A stretch of DNA of 32,000 bases from Wallemia ichthyophaga EXF-994 (taxonomy: Eukaryota; Fungi; Basidiomycota). The DNA is taken from assembly GCF_000400465.1 (NCBI RefSeq), contig NW_008806289.1, positions 60,001 to 92,000 on the forward strand, read 5' to 3'. Position numbers and translations under genes: made by a program. Shown here one piece after another: positions 30,644-32,000 of this stretch. Each line of letters starts with the position of its first letter. Positions within the stretch are counted from its first letter, which is position 1. The notes under the pieces are model-generated. The model saw only the letters and a program-made list of their open reading frames with translations. It ran no database searches and had not been told where the DNA came from.

Positions 30644-30794
30644 ATAGTTATAAAATTGAGTCAAATTTCCACTCTTTCCATTTATCCATATTATCAATGT
30701 TAGTGGTGTAATTGATGGTTTTACTACTATTATTATTGCTAAATGCTACATTACTCCTACATTCTATGCCAGATTACTTGTGAGATGACTCCTT

Positions 30795-32000
30795 CTAGTT
30801 GCCATGCCTGGCGAGAAACTCATTCACCTTGGACATATCCGCACTAGCATCACTCTCTACAGCCTCGAGTAACTCTCCTAACATCCCTTCGACTTGCTCT
30901 TCGGGAACGCCAGTGCATACGCTCACTATCGACTTGTATTTAACCTCCTTAGAGGCGCTGAGACCATCGATCGATGCGACACGCTCCTCTGTCAACTTCT
31001 GCGTGCCGTTCATCCACCGGTGAAGCTTTTGGAGATGGTGTAGTGTTTCAGGTGTGTCAGGTGTTTGTGCGCTGCTCGTCATGACGTCGGTCTCCCAAGG
31101 TGATTTGAGGTCTTCACTATTGTGCTCTGTATTTTTTGCACCCTCCACATCCTGTGTACTCTCACCTTTTAACGTCCACACTCCCACACCCTCATTCGCA
31201 ATCGCCTCCTCAACATTCCTCACTTTCTGCTCAAGTTCCGCCCTCTGCGTCGCTTTGGTCTCCCAATAAGCTATCTCCTTACGCACATCGGCGAGTTCGT
31301 GAGAGTGCTGTTTAAGATCAGCCTGTATTTCGAAGAGGAGTTTGTTCTTCGCCGCCACCTCCACACCGAAGGAGCGGTCAAGGTCGCTTAGCACACCCTC
31401 CAATCTGCGCATGACGTGCGTGCTGCTATCGACGTGCACTGGCGGGGGTGGGTGGAGGTTAGCGAGCATTTCATCAGCGCTGGGATGGGTGTGGGATTGA
31501 GTGTTGGGATTAAATTGTGATACCTCCTGCGAGCTAGAGCTAGAAGTAGCGAGAGACTGGAAGAGAGCGTATGAGTGATAATCTTCAAAAACACCCCTAC
31601 TCACCTCAACGACGCCGAAATCGCCCGCTTTCAAACCGAGTTTATTGGGAGTGGTAGTATTAGCACCAGCATCAACTAGCATCTGTACGAGATGGCGATT
31701 ACCCACTCTGGCTGCGATATTGAGAGCCGTATCGCCATGCTCGTCTTGGACATCAACAAGGGATGAGTAATCGCCCTGTTCACACCTAGCGACATACTCG
31801 AGGAGCGTTTCCATATAGTAGCGCGCGCTGGCTGCACGCCCGGCTACTGCGCTGATGAGAGCGATGTGGTGGAGGACAGTTCGACGAGCGCGGTCGACGA
31901 CGCGGATTGTGTCCGCGAGAAGATGGAGTAGCTGGGAGAAGGCACGTCGTTCGTAGCTGTCCACTACTAGCACGGATCGCTCGAGCGGTGTCTCACCTGC
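30795..32000 (-). CDS. MBF/SBF-type ankyrin-repeat transcription factor subunit (Mbp1/Res/Cdc10/Swi6 family), 3' part, 5'-truncated by the window edge
   Basis: GETPLERSV, RTVLHHIA...ARYYMETLLE, VQDEHGDTALNIAARVGN..LV.MLVDAGA, a C-terminal coiled coil and KY..IVS.CTG. The APSES domain is not inside the window, so the subfamily is unresolved. Confidence 0.85.
   Translation of the reverse strand, partial: AGETPLERSVLVVDSYERRAFSQLLHLLADTIRVVDRARRTVLHHIALISAVAGRAASARYYMETLLEYVARCEQGDYSSLVDVQDEHGDTALNIAARVGNRHLVQMLVDAGANTTTPNKLGLKAGDFGVVEVSRGVFEDYHSYALFQSLATSSSSSQEVSQFNPNTQSHTHPSADEMLANLHPPPPVHVDSSTHVMRRLEGVLSDLDRSFGVEVAAKNKLLFEIQADLKQHSHELADVRKEIAYWETKATQRAELEQKVRNVEEAIANEGVGVWTLKGESTQDVEGAKNTEHNSEDLKSPWETDVMTSSAQTPDTPETLHHLQKLHRWMNGTQKLTEERVASIDGLSASKEVKYKSIVSVCTGVPEEQVEGMLGELLEAVESDASADMSKVNEFLARHGN

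Overview
Eukaryotic, fungal (basidiomycete-type) DNA with extreme gene compaction. I can support 21 protein-coding genes: the first and last run off the window edges, and one four-exon ATG44/mitofissin gene is missed by the ORF track. Introns I measured are 40-53 nt. Several start or stop codons lie only 17-67 bp apart, and one convergent pair has overlapping coding ends. The compaction and intron size suggest a Wallemia-like genome, but that is inference and the taxon cannot be proven from the window. Gene order: Gfd2-like DEDDh protein, small secreted protein, Mei2-like RRM protein, Rab5/VPS21, truncated delta-COP, METTL3/IME4, Rpr2/Snm1-like, CARM1-like PRMT, SLY1, SEN34, MTHFR, CDC27, CK1/HRR25, ATG44, RAD54, SAT4/HAL4-like kinase, CAS1-like O-acetyltransferase, StuA-like APSES factor, IES1, NAM9, MBF-type ankyrin factor. 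I found no mobile element, CRISPR array, rRNA or tRNA. The most striking signals are a delta-COP naturally lacking its mu-homology domain, divergent genes with essentially no promoter space, a coding overlap antisense to IME4, and frame-shifting microexons in catalytic regions. Exon boundaries were inferred by hand from splice signals and remembered family motifs; no database search was run.
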